This document shows positions 25,853 through 37,030 of a DNA stretch of 64,000 nt, piece after piece. The stretch is from positions 73,658,001 through 73,722,000 of the forward strand of contig NC_087437.1 of NCBI RefSeq assembly GCF_036321535.1, given 5' to 3'. A program made the position numbers and the translations under genes. Source of the stretch: Camelus dromedarius (lineage: Eukaryota). Positions within the stretch are counted from its first letter, which is position 1. Each line of letters opens with the position of its first letter. Below the pieces are notes generated by a model. It saw only the letters and a list, made by a program, of their open reading frames with translations. It made no database searches and had not been told where the DNA came from.

Positions 25853-27289
25853 TCTGTGTGTTTATAGGAAGGCTCTGGAGATAGTTGAGGCTGAATAGGA
25901 TTAGTTGGGGAATTGAGTTTGGACTTCATGGTTTAAGCTACCATATAACGTTAGTTTTTCAACATGCAACAACACAGAGATGTGTTTTTTTTTTTAAAAC
26001 AAAAAAAACCTTTTGTTACCAGAAGGAGAATAGAGTGATATTCAGGTTTTTTCATACGTGTAGTTGCACCTGTGCATATTTCAGAATTATGCTATGAAGC
26101 TATATTTGGCAGATGATTACTATAATGAAGGGAGTTATAGCCAACATGACTTTATTTCAGAGATAACCACAATGATTCTGAGTTTGATGCTCTTTAAAAG
26201 TAACGATGATGAAATTAGGAGCACAGAGGGGTAAGGCTTGACTCAAGGAGGAATTGTCTTTTACTTGCAAGAGGGTTTACATTCTCATGAGAGAAATCAA
26301 ATATTTTACACAATATTTTGCTACTCAGTTGAGCTGCTGTGGAAGAATTTGGGGAGTTTTAAGTCCTACTTTAATGTTTCAATATATGTCTAACCTAACT
26401 TCAGTTCCTCCTCTGCTTTAGTTACTCGTCCAGATGGAGCCTCCTAAAATAATACTCTGAGAAAGCATATCACCTCCCCCATGGGGAAGTTTCAGTGACT
26501 CTCTTGTCTATTGAATAAAATACAAAATCCTCAGCCTGACTTTAAGGTTACAATCTGGTTCTTACTGCAGTTGGTTAGCAAGTATTTTACTGAGTGCCTA
26601 CTGTGTGCCAGGAATAAACCAGAGCATCTCTAATAGAAATATAATTTGAGTCACATATATAATTTTAAATTCTTTGGTAGCCGTATTAAAAAAGTAAAAA
26701 TCAGGTAAACGATTTAAATAATATATTTTAATCCAATATATACAGAATATATAAAATATAATGAATATTAAAGATTATTAATGAGGTATTTTACATTCAT
26801 TTTTAATAAATATCAAGAATCCAATATACATTTTATACTTACATCACATCTCAATTCACATGGCAAATTTTCACTGAAAATGCTGAACTAGTATTTATTT
26901 ATTTATTTATTAACATTTTTTTATTGAGTTATAGTCATAGTGTTGTGTCAAATTCCAGTGTAGAGTACAATTTTTCAGTTATACATGAACATACATATAT
27001 TCATTGTCACATTTTTTTTTTTGCTGTGAGCTACCACAAGATCTTGCATATATTTCCCTTGCTATACAGTATATTGTTTATCTATTCTACAATTTTGAAA
27101 TCCCAGTCTATCTTGTTTACCTATTCTACAGATGCCTGTCAGTATCTACAAATTTTGAAATCCCATTCTGTCCCTTCCCACCCCCTGTCCCCTTGGTAAC
27201 CACAAGTTTGTATTCTATGTCTATGAGTCTGTTTCTGTTTTGTACTTATGTTCTTTTTTTTTTTTTTCAGATTCCGCATATGAGTGATC

Positions 27290-27988
27290 TCATATGGTAT
27301 TTTTCTTTCTCTTCTGGCTTACTTCACTTAGAATGACATTCTCCAGGAACATCCATGTTACTGCAAATGGCATTATGTTGGCAGTTTTTATGGCCGAATA
27401 GTATTCCATCGTATAAATATACCATTTCTTCTTCATCCAGTCATCTGTTGATGGACATTTAGGCTGTTTCCATGTCTTGCCTATTGTAAATAGTGCTGCT
27501 ATGAACATTGGGGACCAGGTGTCATTTTGAAGTAGGGTTCCTTCTGGATATATGCACAGGAGTGGGATTCCTGGGTCATATGGTAAGTCTATTCCCAGTA
27601 TTTTGAGGAATCTCCATACTGTTTTCCACAGTGGCTGCACCAAACTGCATTCCCACCAGCAGTGTAGGAGGGTTCCCTTTTCTCCACAGCCTCTCCAGCA
27701 TTTGTCATTTGTGGACTTTTGAATGATGGCCATTCTGACTGGTGTGAGGTGATACCTCACTGTAGTTTTGATTTGCATTTCTCTGATAATTAGTGATATT
27801 GAGCATTTTTTCATGTGCCTATTGATCATTTGTATGTCTTCCTTGGAGAATTGCTTGTTTAGGCCTTCTGCCCATTTTTGGATTGGGTTGTTTGTTTTTT
27901 TCTTAGTGAGTTGTATGAGCTGCTTATATATTCTGGAGATCAAGCCTTTGTCAGTTTCATAGTTTGCAAAAATTTTTTCCCATTCCAT
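27290..27988 (-). pseudogene. L1 ORF2p C-terminal fragment (cysteine-rich CCHC region), disabled
   Basis: The translation has classic ORF2p motifs [80 protein letters not shown] and WKQPKCPS. It is frameshifted relative to the upstream pieces. Confidence 0.95.
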
Positions 27989-27994
27989 AGGTTG

Positions 27995-28620
27995 TCATTT
28001 TGTTTTGCTTATGGTTTCCTTTGCTGTGCAGAAGCTTGTAAGTTTCATTAGGTCCCATTTGTTTATTCTTGCTTTTATTTCTGTTGCGTGGGTAGAGTGC
28101 CCTAGGAGAACATTTTTGAGATGTATGTCAGGAAATGTTTTGCCTATATTTTCTTCTAGGAGGTTTATTGTATCTTGTTTTATGTTTAAGTCTTTGATCC
28201 ATTTTGAGTTGATTTTTGTATATGGTGTAAGGGAGTGTTCTAGCTTCACTGATTTACGTACTGCTGTCCAGTTTTCCCAACACCATTTGCTGAAGAGACT
28301 GTCTTTATTCCATTGTATATTCTTGTCTCCTTTGTTGAAGATTAGTTGACCAAAAGTTTGTGGGTTCATTTCTGGGCTCTCTATTCTGTTCCATTGGTCT
28401 ATATGTCTGTTTTGGTACCAATACCATGCTGTCTTGATGACTGTAGCTCTAAGTATTGTCTGAAGTCTGGGAGAGTTATTCCTCCAGGCTCATTCTTTTT
28501 CTTCCATAATGCTTTGGCAATTCTAGGTCTTTGGTGGTTCCATATAAATTTTATTATGATTTGTTCTAGTTCTGTGAAATATGTCCTGGGTAATTTGATA
28601 GGCATTGCACTAAATCTGTA
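27995..28620 (-). pseudogene. L1 ORF2p fragments (post-RT region), frameshifted
   Basis: ORF pieces [31 protein letters not shown] and [43 protein letters not shown] lie in different frames. Confidence 0.93.
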
Positions 28621-28941
28621 GAAAACCTTAAAAGGTCCACACAAAAACTACTAGAACTAATTGAAGAATTCAGCAAGGTAGCAGGTTGCAAAGTTAATGT
28701 TCAAAAATCAGTTGCATTTCTTTACACTAATGATGAATCAACAGAAAAAGAATGTAAAGAAACAATCCCCTTTAAAATAGCACCCAAAGTAATAAAATAC
28801 CTAGGAATAAATCTAACAAAGGAGGTGAAAGACTTTCACATGGAAAACTATAAACCGTTGATGAAGGAAATTAAAGAAAACTTAAAAAAATGGAAAGATA
28901 TCCCATGCTCCTGGATTGGAAGAATTGATATTGTTAAAATG
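28618..28941 (+). pseudogene. Inverted L1 ORF2p segment (end of RT domain), open frame
   Basis: Manual translation: [88 protein letters not shown]. In ORF2p this region lies just upstream of the YRF.. segment found on the minus strand. Confidence 0.94.
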
Positions 28942-29469
28942 AACTGGTATTTAGATTTCATAAGATGTACTTGAAAAAGTAGACCCACATATCTAAGTTG
29001 TTCCAAGCACACTTAAAATTTTTCAGGAAGTGAATTGAGTTTTTAGATTTCAATTTTAATTAATTGAAATTAAATACAATTTAAAATTCAGTTCCTTGGT
29101 CTCTCTAGCCGTATTTCAGGAGCCACATGTGACTCATGGCTGCTATTTTAAATAGCACAATTCTAGAAGCACAGGCCCCGCACTCATGAAGCTTACATTA
29201 ACGCACCTTTTCCAGATCTATTTTCTACTGCTTCCCTACAGTGTCTGATGGATTAAACCTGTCTCTAGGCCTTTGTTCATGCCGTTCTAGGTAAGCTTAT
29301 TTTGTCCTTCAAAAGATGTACTTCTATTGAAGTTCTACTTACCTTCCATGATTAATCAAATGTTAACCCACCTTAGGCAAACTCTTCTCAATCATCTAGG
29401 CAAGAGTGTTCTGTATTTTCTAAAGTTATTCAGAATTTGGACTGCACCTTTCTTCTGACACTGATATAC

Positions 29470-30415
29470 TACCCTGTGGTCTTTGGGGTCAGTAAACCCA
29501 GGTTCGATATCTGGTCCTTCCACTCACTGGCTGTATGATCCCCGGTCACTTCCTTCACTTTTCAAAGCCTCTATTTCATTATCTATAAAATGATGACAAC
29601 AGTATATACCTAATGGGATTGCTGGGGTGAGATAATGCTGAAAAAGTGCTTAGCTCAGCACTCAATCTATTAGCAGTAGCAGTAGTATTCATATATATGT
29701 TCCTCATCTAACTATAATGATTTACAAACAATAATAGTAATAGTAATAATGATAAGAATAACAATGCTAGTAAGTTTGTGCTAGGACCTATTGTGACCTT
29801 ATCCTGTTTAAGCCTCCAAACAATTGTGAGATAGGAAGTGTTATCCTCATTTTACAAATGAAGAAACTAAAGCAGACAGGGATTCAGTAACTTGCCTACT
29901 GTCACACAACCAGGAAGAGATGAAGTTGGTTTTAAATAATAGAAGGAATGAAATAGAGTTTGACTACATTGTTTTTGTATTTTCTCTCCTGTAGTTTGGA
30001 GGTGATGTAGAGCAGTTGGCAAAGCATTTGGAATCAGATGGATTTGGTTTGGCATGCTAACTCTGTCACTGACCCGGGATATAATCTTGGGAAACTCACT
30101 TAATCACCCTAAACCTTGAGTTCTTGCTCTGTAAAGTGGAGGTAATAAAACCTAACAGGGAGTATATAATGTAGAAGTTAGGTTCAAAATATCTGGCTAT
30201 TAAATTCAAGCTTCACCTTTGAAACTCCTAGTTTTGCAACATTTAGCAAGTTACTTAATCCCTGTGCTGTGATTTCCTCATCTAAAAATGGGCAAATTAA
30301 TAATATTAAGCTCATAGATTTGTCCTAAATATTAAATAATGTAACCCACATAGTCACGCAGATTTATAACTAGAGATAGTAAACACTCAGCAAGTATCAG
30401 CTGTGATTATAATTA
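29470..30415. mobile_element. Cluster of four MIR SINEs (+ ~29470-29670, - ~29760-29940, + ~30005-30155, + ~30160-30415)
   Basis: Repeated MIR cores: tttcattatctataaaatg, cctcattttacaaatgaagaaactaa, tctgtaaagtggaggtaataa, gcaagttacttaatc..tttcctcatctaaaaatggg. Confidence 0.8.
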
Positions 30416-31259
30416 TTCCAAGGCTGGTCCTGGCAGAGATAGAGTACTCAGTCTGTTTAGTTAATTTTCTGTTTGCTTCCACCTTTCCTTCCTTCTTCTA
30501 GTTACATCCTTATATCTGTTTCCTTTATAGAATATGATAATAAATTTTACATATATTATGTACTCAATAAATATTCAACTGACTAAATGGAGTCTCTCAA
30601 CCAGCTTTTTATATTATTTGTATTTTATACAAGCACATCAATATTATTTTCAGAAAGTGTAAAATAATTGCATGTGAACTAGAGATAGTAAACTGTTACC
30701 AGTACATAGTATTTTATATTTCCCTTGGGCTCGAAGTGATTTTTGTTATGTTTGAGGCAGTTTGAATTTCATATGCATAAAATTTCCTGTTATTCAGTCA
30801 ATAAACTCCTCTGTCCAATTCTGATAGCCTTAAATTAGAATATCTTTCAAATTCAATCACAGAACAGACTGTACTGAAAATGAATTCGTTAAGGGAGGCA
30901 AATATTGTCATACGCAGTGATAAAAAGATTTGAATAATATAAAATGCTACAGCAGAAACTGTAGAGGTGTAATGAATATTGTACATATTGTGCTTTATTT
31001 CCAGTCTTAAATGTGACCTTCCTCCTGTTCTGAATCTTTTATTGTGCTCCCAATTTTATTTGCCAGTTGTGATGATCTGTTCAATCTCTGAGCAAAATCA
31101 TTCTCCTCATTTTTAGAAACCTGAATTTCTCCCTCTGTTTCTCTTTAGACCTTTGTTTGGACTCAGACTTTCTTAAAATTAAGAACATTGTGTTCAAGTC
31201 TTGTTCTTGTCCACTGGCAAGATGGGAGTTTTTAAAAACTCAGTAATCACTTTCTCGAC

Positions 31260-31600
31260 CATTAACTAAGGGTATAGCACTCTGCCAGGCACTGCAGATC
31301 AGGAAAAGAACGGTCCCTGACATTTTGGAACTCACGGTCTAGTGACAGTGGCATCACATACATATATAAATATGAAATAAAACAAGTGACAATATATTCT
31401 GTCGTAGTAAAAGCAACAAGCTGTTTGGAAATGTGGGGGTGGGGGTGGGTTCTATTGGTGGTGAATAAGTAGGAGGGCAGACTTCTTAGAGGAACTGAGC
31501 TAGGTCTTGCTTAGCTGGTAGGTATTCCACCTAAGGGGCAGGCTGAGGGAGTATCTTGAGCAAAGACACATAAAAAGAGAAGAAAACAGTAAGTAGATAG
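31260..31600 (-). mobile_element. L2 3' fragment
   Basis: ctctgccaggcactg..ggtccctga..ggaactcacggtctagtg..gacttcttagagga. Confidence 0.6.
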
Positions 31601-32189
31601 TAAGATGAAGTCAATAAGGCTAGGTTAAGTCACAGGTTAGGAAAAACACCCAGAACTCATTTGTGGAAAGCATTGTCAGTCTGTAGTCTATGATTTATTT
31701 TGATATATTGAGATACTATTGAAGATTTCCAGTTGCCTAGAAATAAAAGTGAAGGTTTTGAAACACTGAAAGTTTCTAGTTTATTCTTTCACAATTTACC
31801 AATCCATAATCAAAATGTGTTATTTGATCTTGCATGTCACTTAATTGAAGATATTCATATATATTTTAAAACTGAAGTTGCAGGTAAATTCAAACCTATG
31901 CAGCTTTGAGAACTTTCTTTTTTGCTTGATAGTTAAATTCAAGCTCTTATCAGGAACTTTTTTTTTTAACTGAAATATAATTGACATACAACACTTAGTT
32001 TCAAATGCAGAATAATGATTTGATGTTTGTATACATTACAAAATAAGTCTACTAATCATATTACAAAAATTATTAACATTATAGTATTACTCAACACAGT
32101 AATTACTTTGAAAATCTAGTCTTTCCCTCTGTTTATTATGTTATTATTTCTATTGAGAGTGTACAGCATTTCTATATTACACTAAATGA

Positions 32190-32490
32190 TTATATTAGTC
32201 TCCTATCACTGTGCAACAAATTATTACAAACTAAACAACTAAAAAAAGACATTTACTGCCTTAATACTTCACAGATCTTTAGGTTAGACATCCAGACACA
32301 GAACAGCTAGGTCCTCTGTTCAAAGTCACACAAACCAGAAATCAAGATGTCAACCAGACTACATTTTCATCTGGAGTTCAGAGCATTCTCTCAAATACAT
32401 TTAGGTTGTTGGCTGCATACAATTCCTTGTGGTTGTAGGAACAATGTCCCAACTTTCTTGCTGGCTGTCAGGAGTTCATTCTCATTTCTT
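32190..32490 (-). mobile_element. MaLR LTR fragment, MLT1E/F-like
   Basis: tatattagtctcctat..aacaaattattacaaa..aatcaagatgtcaaccag..ttgttggctgcatacaattccttgtggttgtagga. Confidence 0.72.
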
Positions 32491-32636
32491 GTATGTCATA
32501 CTCAATTCCTAAACATGTGACAGGAATTTTTCCTTCTCATAACAATGACAGTGCACAAACTCGTACTCCTCAGGAAAAACCATGGCAATTTGTAAAGTTC
32601 AGATCTTTATCTGTGTATATACATGTATTTTTTGTT

Positions 32637-32644
<8 letters not shown>

Positions 32645-32674
<30 letters not shown>
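32645..32674. repeat. (TA)n microsatellite
   Basis: Direct reading. Confidence 0.95.
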
Positions 32675-32678
<4 letters not shown>

Positions 32679-33132
32679 CTTTACAAATGTATGATCATAC
32701 AATTCATCATAAACATTTTGTACACTAATAAAACAGATTGAATTATTTTTAATGACTATACAGTATCTCATGATATCACTACACTATAATTTATTTAACT
32801 CTTTTATTATTGTTAGATATTTACTTTGTTTTAAATTTTCAGTATTGCAAAGAAACCTGGCATCAACATATACACTGTACCTATGCCTTGTGCATTCCTG
32901 TAGGATAGATTTTAAAGTCTTTAAATGCCAGATTTGCCACAGCTGGTAGGCACCACTGAAAATTATGGTAACCGTAACATTTAAGACAATCCCTATGTTA
33001 ATGTTGAAATAGGTTACAGTATAACCCTTAATACTTCTATACAGTTGTTAACATTGTTAGTAAAATCAACCGTTTGGGACAGTGGCTGAAAGGATAGGTG
33101 TAATGTTAATAATTCCACATAAATAGCATGTG

Positions 33133-33608
33133 TGTGATGGTTAATTTTATGTGTCCACTTGACTAAGCCACAGAGTGTCCAGATATTTGGTCAAACATTA
33201 TTCTGGGTATGTTCCTGAGGGTGTTTTTAAATGCAATTAACATTTGAATCAGCAGACCAAGGAAAGCCCGCAGCTGTCCCTAAAGTGGGTGGGCCTCATT
33301 CAGTCAGTTGAAGGCCTGAACTAAAAAAAAAATGGCTGAGTAAGAGGGAACTCCTCCTTATCCAATTACCTTTGAGCTGAGACATCAGTTTTTTCCTGCT
33401 TTCAAACTTGAACTGAAATGGTCTCCTTCTGAGGCTTAAGCCTGCTGGCTTTTGGACTGAAATCACACCATTGGCTCTCCTGCTTGCTGACTGCAGATCT
33501 CGGAACTTGTCAGCTTCCATAATTGTGTGAGCCAGTTCATAATAATCTCTCTCCATTTCTACCTAGATACATCCTATTAATTTTATTCCTCTGAAGAACC
33601 CTAATACG
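33133..33608 (+). mobile_element. Solo LTR, ERVL MLT2B-like
   Basis: Starts tgtgatggttaattttatgtgtc, ends gaagaaccctaatac(g). Exact 5-bp TSD atgtg at 33128-33132 and 33609-33613. Confidence 0.93.
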
Positions 33609-35009
33609 ATGTGTTTTACTTGTGGATGTTCTTTTGCTGGCAGCCGCTAAGAGTCTCACAGGCAGATAGAAGCACAGTATACTACAATCGGGGCTCTTTG
33701 GCTTTCCTTTTCTTTAAAAGATGGCGGAAATCTCTAATTCTGTTATCTGAGCAGCTTGGTATCTCAGTTTCCTCATCTGTAAAAAAAAGGGTTTAATTGT
33801 AAGGTTTAAACGAGATCATTTCGTGGACCATCGTGCATGGTAATTACTTCGTAAAATACTAGTGCTTTTTTTCTCTCCTCCTTCTTAAGAATCTTAAAAA
33901 GCAGGCAGATGGACTATTTCATATGTCCACAGAAGCTGGGCATCAAGAATCCTTCATTAGAGGCCATGTTCACTTGTGTGCCAGCAGTTCTTGAGAGTGA
34001 ATTTGCACTGCCTGTGTTGCCGAGTTACTTTTTAACAATATTCCATTCACAAACACGTGGGGTGGTACTGAATAACTGCTACAGAAGTAAAGGATGACTC
34101 TCTTCAATAAAAAGAGAGCTTTATTGCTGTAAATATGATCTGGCTTAACACCAACCTAAATCACTGCAGCATATAGATACAGGAAAACCAAAGATGCATT
34201 AATGCTAATCCTGAAATGTGGACTCCCCTGGCATTTATGTATGATGCAGGAGCACAGGTCAGATCATTCTTGCTTCTCTATTTAAATGCATATGTGTTTT
34301 CAGGCTCTCTTCACCCCAAATAATTTGAATAGAGAATGTCTTTATTACGTGTTCAGCACATGTAGAAAATCACTCTCAATTTGATTGAATTAAAAGTAAT
34401 TGGTTATACCTTAAAAAAGTGGAATGCAGAATTCTTGTTAAAAGAGTAAAAAGCATTTGAGTATATTCAAAATTCTATTTGTTAACTTAAAGTCCTGGAA
34501 AAAGCTAATTTCCAGATGCTCTGCATCTTTAGAATTTTAATTTTAATTTTGATTTTGATTTGAATACAGTTTTATTTAAATTGGTCCTTGCCTTTTAACA
34601 CTTGTTAGAAATGTCAAATATTATGCTTATAGCAGTAATAATGTCTTTAAAAAAATGATTCCTTTCAATTGTATAATTGCAAAATAAATGGCCTTGTGCT
34701 TGTTGACAGGTACTAAGTTATTGGTTGTTCATGAAATGTTGATTTTTGCTTCACTTGTTTGTCTCTTCAATCATCAATCAAGCATTTTCTCCTTTCCTTG
34801 GGGAGCTGGCAATATGATATGGACATTGAGTAGTAAGTCAACAAGAGTTTTCAGTCTCTTACATGCTTTTTTCATCCATCTTTGGGTTGTTACATTCTAA
34901 ATTTTTCTTCCTTCAGTTCTACACAAGGCTCCCAGTAATGATCACTATAAACCGCCTTCACTTTATCTGTTGTAGATGCTAAGGTCTGTTGACAAAGAGA
35001 AAGCATTGT

Positions 35010-35260
35010 ATAAGGAAACAACATGGATTTCATTTAAAGGCAATCCTGGATTCAGAATTTGAGCTCCATTGCTTCATGGCTGTATTACCTGGGGCAAATT
35101 ATTGACCCCCTTAAACCATGTGCTTCCTCAACTATAAAATGGACTATAATATGTACAGATTGATGAGTATGAAAAGAATATCGATCGATCGATCTACCTA
35201 CCTACCTACCTACCTACCTATCATCTCTTGAAGTGTGGCACCTGACAATGTGTAAGCACT
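35010..35260 (+). mobile_element. MIR SINE with internal (CTAC)n
   Basis: cctggattcagaat..ggctgtattacctggggcaaattattgacc..ttcctcaactataaaatgg. Confidence 0.72.
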
Positions 35261-35274
35261 TGACTCAGGTCTAG

Positions 35275-35428
35275 TGGGTCTCTTTGAAGGGCACTAATCA
35301 CATTCATGAGGGCTCTGCCCTGATGACCAAATCACCTCCCCTGGGTCCCGTAACCTAAAACTGTCACCTTGCAGGTAAAGATTTCAATATGTGAATTTTG
35401 GGAGACCCCAAACACTTAGGCCATAGCA
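35275..35428 (-). mobile_element. MaLR LTR fragment, MLT1A-like
   Basis: aagggcactaatcacattcatgagggctctgccctgatgacc..tttcaatatgtgaattttggg..ccatagca. Confidence 0.8.
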
Positions 35429-35836
35429 CCTAGTTTTTTTTTTTTTTTCCCCTCTCCTTTCACCCTGTTCTCAAATCCTCAGGACCAGGCTGTTGTGCAT
35501 TAGAGCAGCGGCATGCCAAGAAGAGCAACTTTTAATTCATTTAGTGGAACTGTGGATCTATGAAGGATGGCCAAAGCATGTCGGTTTTCACTTTCTTGTC
35601 TCTCTGATCTCTTGCTGCATAGGCCAGGATGTAGTATAACGATAGGGGTGGGCAGTTTCTAGCCAGGAGATGTAAAAGAGGAGCCACAGGGAATCAGAAG
35701 CTACTGCTGAAGTATCAGGAAGGGGGATGCATGAAAAAAATACACTCCTGGATTCTTCCTTGACTTGCACTTACAAGAGTCTGATCCTTATTAGCACATT
35801 AATGGCTTTGGGAACTAAGGTAAAGACACATAGATA

Positions 35837-35852
35837 GTTTTGTTTTGTTTTG

Positions 35853-35881
<29 letters not shown>
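35837..35881. repeat. (GTTTT)n pentanucleotide repeat, ~9 units
   Basis: Direct reading. Confidence 0.95.
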
Positions 35882-35883
<2 letters not shown>

Positions 35884-35955
35884 TGATTTAAGAAATAAGA
35901 TATAGACCACGACTGGGTAGCTAACACGTAGGACAAATTCCAATAGTACTGCAAA

Positions 35956-36113
35956 TAGGACTGCCAGATTTAGCAAATAAAAACATAGGATGCCAGTTGA
36001 ATTTGAATTTCAGATAAACTATAAATAAATATAGATAAAAATATAAATGTTTTAGTCTATGTTTATCTTATGCAATATTTGGGGTCCTGAATTTTATTTA
36101 TTTGCAGCCCCTA
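35956..36113. mobile_element. hAT MITE MER53 with internal deletion
   Basis: taggactgccagatttagcaaataaaaa..tttgaatttcagataaac..gcagccccta. Perfect 8-bp TSD actgcaaa at 35948-35955 and 36114-36121. Confidence 0.9.
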
Positions 36114-36199
36114 ACTGCAAAGACATTGATAATTGAACTAACTTTGAAAGAACAGGCTGCAGAAGGTGGATTGGAACCTGTGGGATGAAACTAACCAAG

Positions 36200-37030
36200 T
36201 CTTGTGCCCGCTGAAACAAAAATTTCAATATTCTCCATAGGGTTTGAGCAAGATCTATATTCTCAGAAAGAAATTTTCAAAATATCCAGAATTCAATAAA
36301 AATTATTCTTCATTCAAAGAACCATAAAAAATATCAGCTTTCATGGGAAAAGATGACTAACAGATGCCAATGGCAAGATAGGAATTACCTGACAAAGACT
36401 TTAAAGCAGCTTTTATAACATTTTTTTTTTAAAGAATAGGTGCAAACACTCTTAAAACAAAAGTTAAAATTGGTAAGTTAAAAAGGAAATATATAATATA
36501 AGGAAATGGAAATTTTGAACTGAAAAATATAAAAACTGGTTAAAACTTACAACATCAAGAATAAAGGAGGAGAAACAAAATTAGTAAATATAGTAGAAAG
36601 ATCGTTGAGTTCTTTAAAATATACTTGGCATTTGAAAGCAAAACGGATATTTTCTGATGGGATTTTCAGTGTATATGGATGCAATAGATATGACAACTAT
36701 AACATAAAGAAGAAAAAATAGTAAGACCTGTATAACAGTAAGATTTCTACATTACAATTGAAATGGCAAAATACAATTCTAAATAGTGTGCCAGGTCAGG
36801 TATGTATTTTATAATTACCAGAACAACTACAAAAAATATACAAAGATATACAGTCAAAATCAGATGGACAAATTAAAACAGAATACTAAAAGTTAGTATT
36901 GAATTACTGGTGGTAAAATAAATATATACATTTTAGAATAGAGAATTCTATATTGATATTTTATAAAACATCAATATAATTTTATACCAATAATGCAGAA
37001 ATATACTTTTTGCTTTTAACTATCATGTGT
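36200..37030 (+). mobile_element. Ancient L1ME/HAL1 5'/ORF1 fragments
   Basis: ggaattacctgacaaagactttaaagcagct, aaatggaaattttgaactgaaaaata, tataattaccagaacaactacaaaaaa. Confidence 0.65.

Larger units (their letters stand above)
26898..28939 (-). mobile_element. Young 5'-truncated, 5'-inverted LINE-1 (lineage-specific, probably camelid L1), ~2.04 kb
   Basis: The minus strand 26898-~28620 carries ORF2 C-terminal pieces, the 3' UTR and an (AAAT)n/A-rich tail. The plus strand ~28617-28941 carries the upstream ORF2 segment. TSD tgaactagtattta (26884-26897) / tgaactggtattta (28940-28953), 14 bp with 1 mismatch. Confidence 0.96.
26620..29160. mobile_element. hAT-Charlie DNA transposon (Charlie1b/MER33-like), split by the L1
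   Basis: The left half starts cagagcatctctaatagaaatataatttgagtcacatat. The right half (28954-29160) resumes gatttcataagatg..gaaaaagtagacccacat and ends gccacatgtgactcatggctgctattttaaatagcac, as in Charlie1/MER33 consensus termini. Confidence 0.82.

Noticed and set aside
27768..28621. Plus-strand ORFs (64, 114, 91 aa)
   Set aside because: Antisense shadows of L1 ORF2.
31435..31460. G-rich tract as G-quadruplex
   Set aside because: Only three runs of three or more G.
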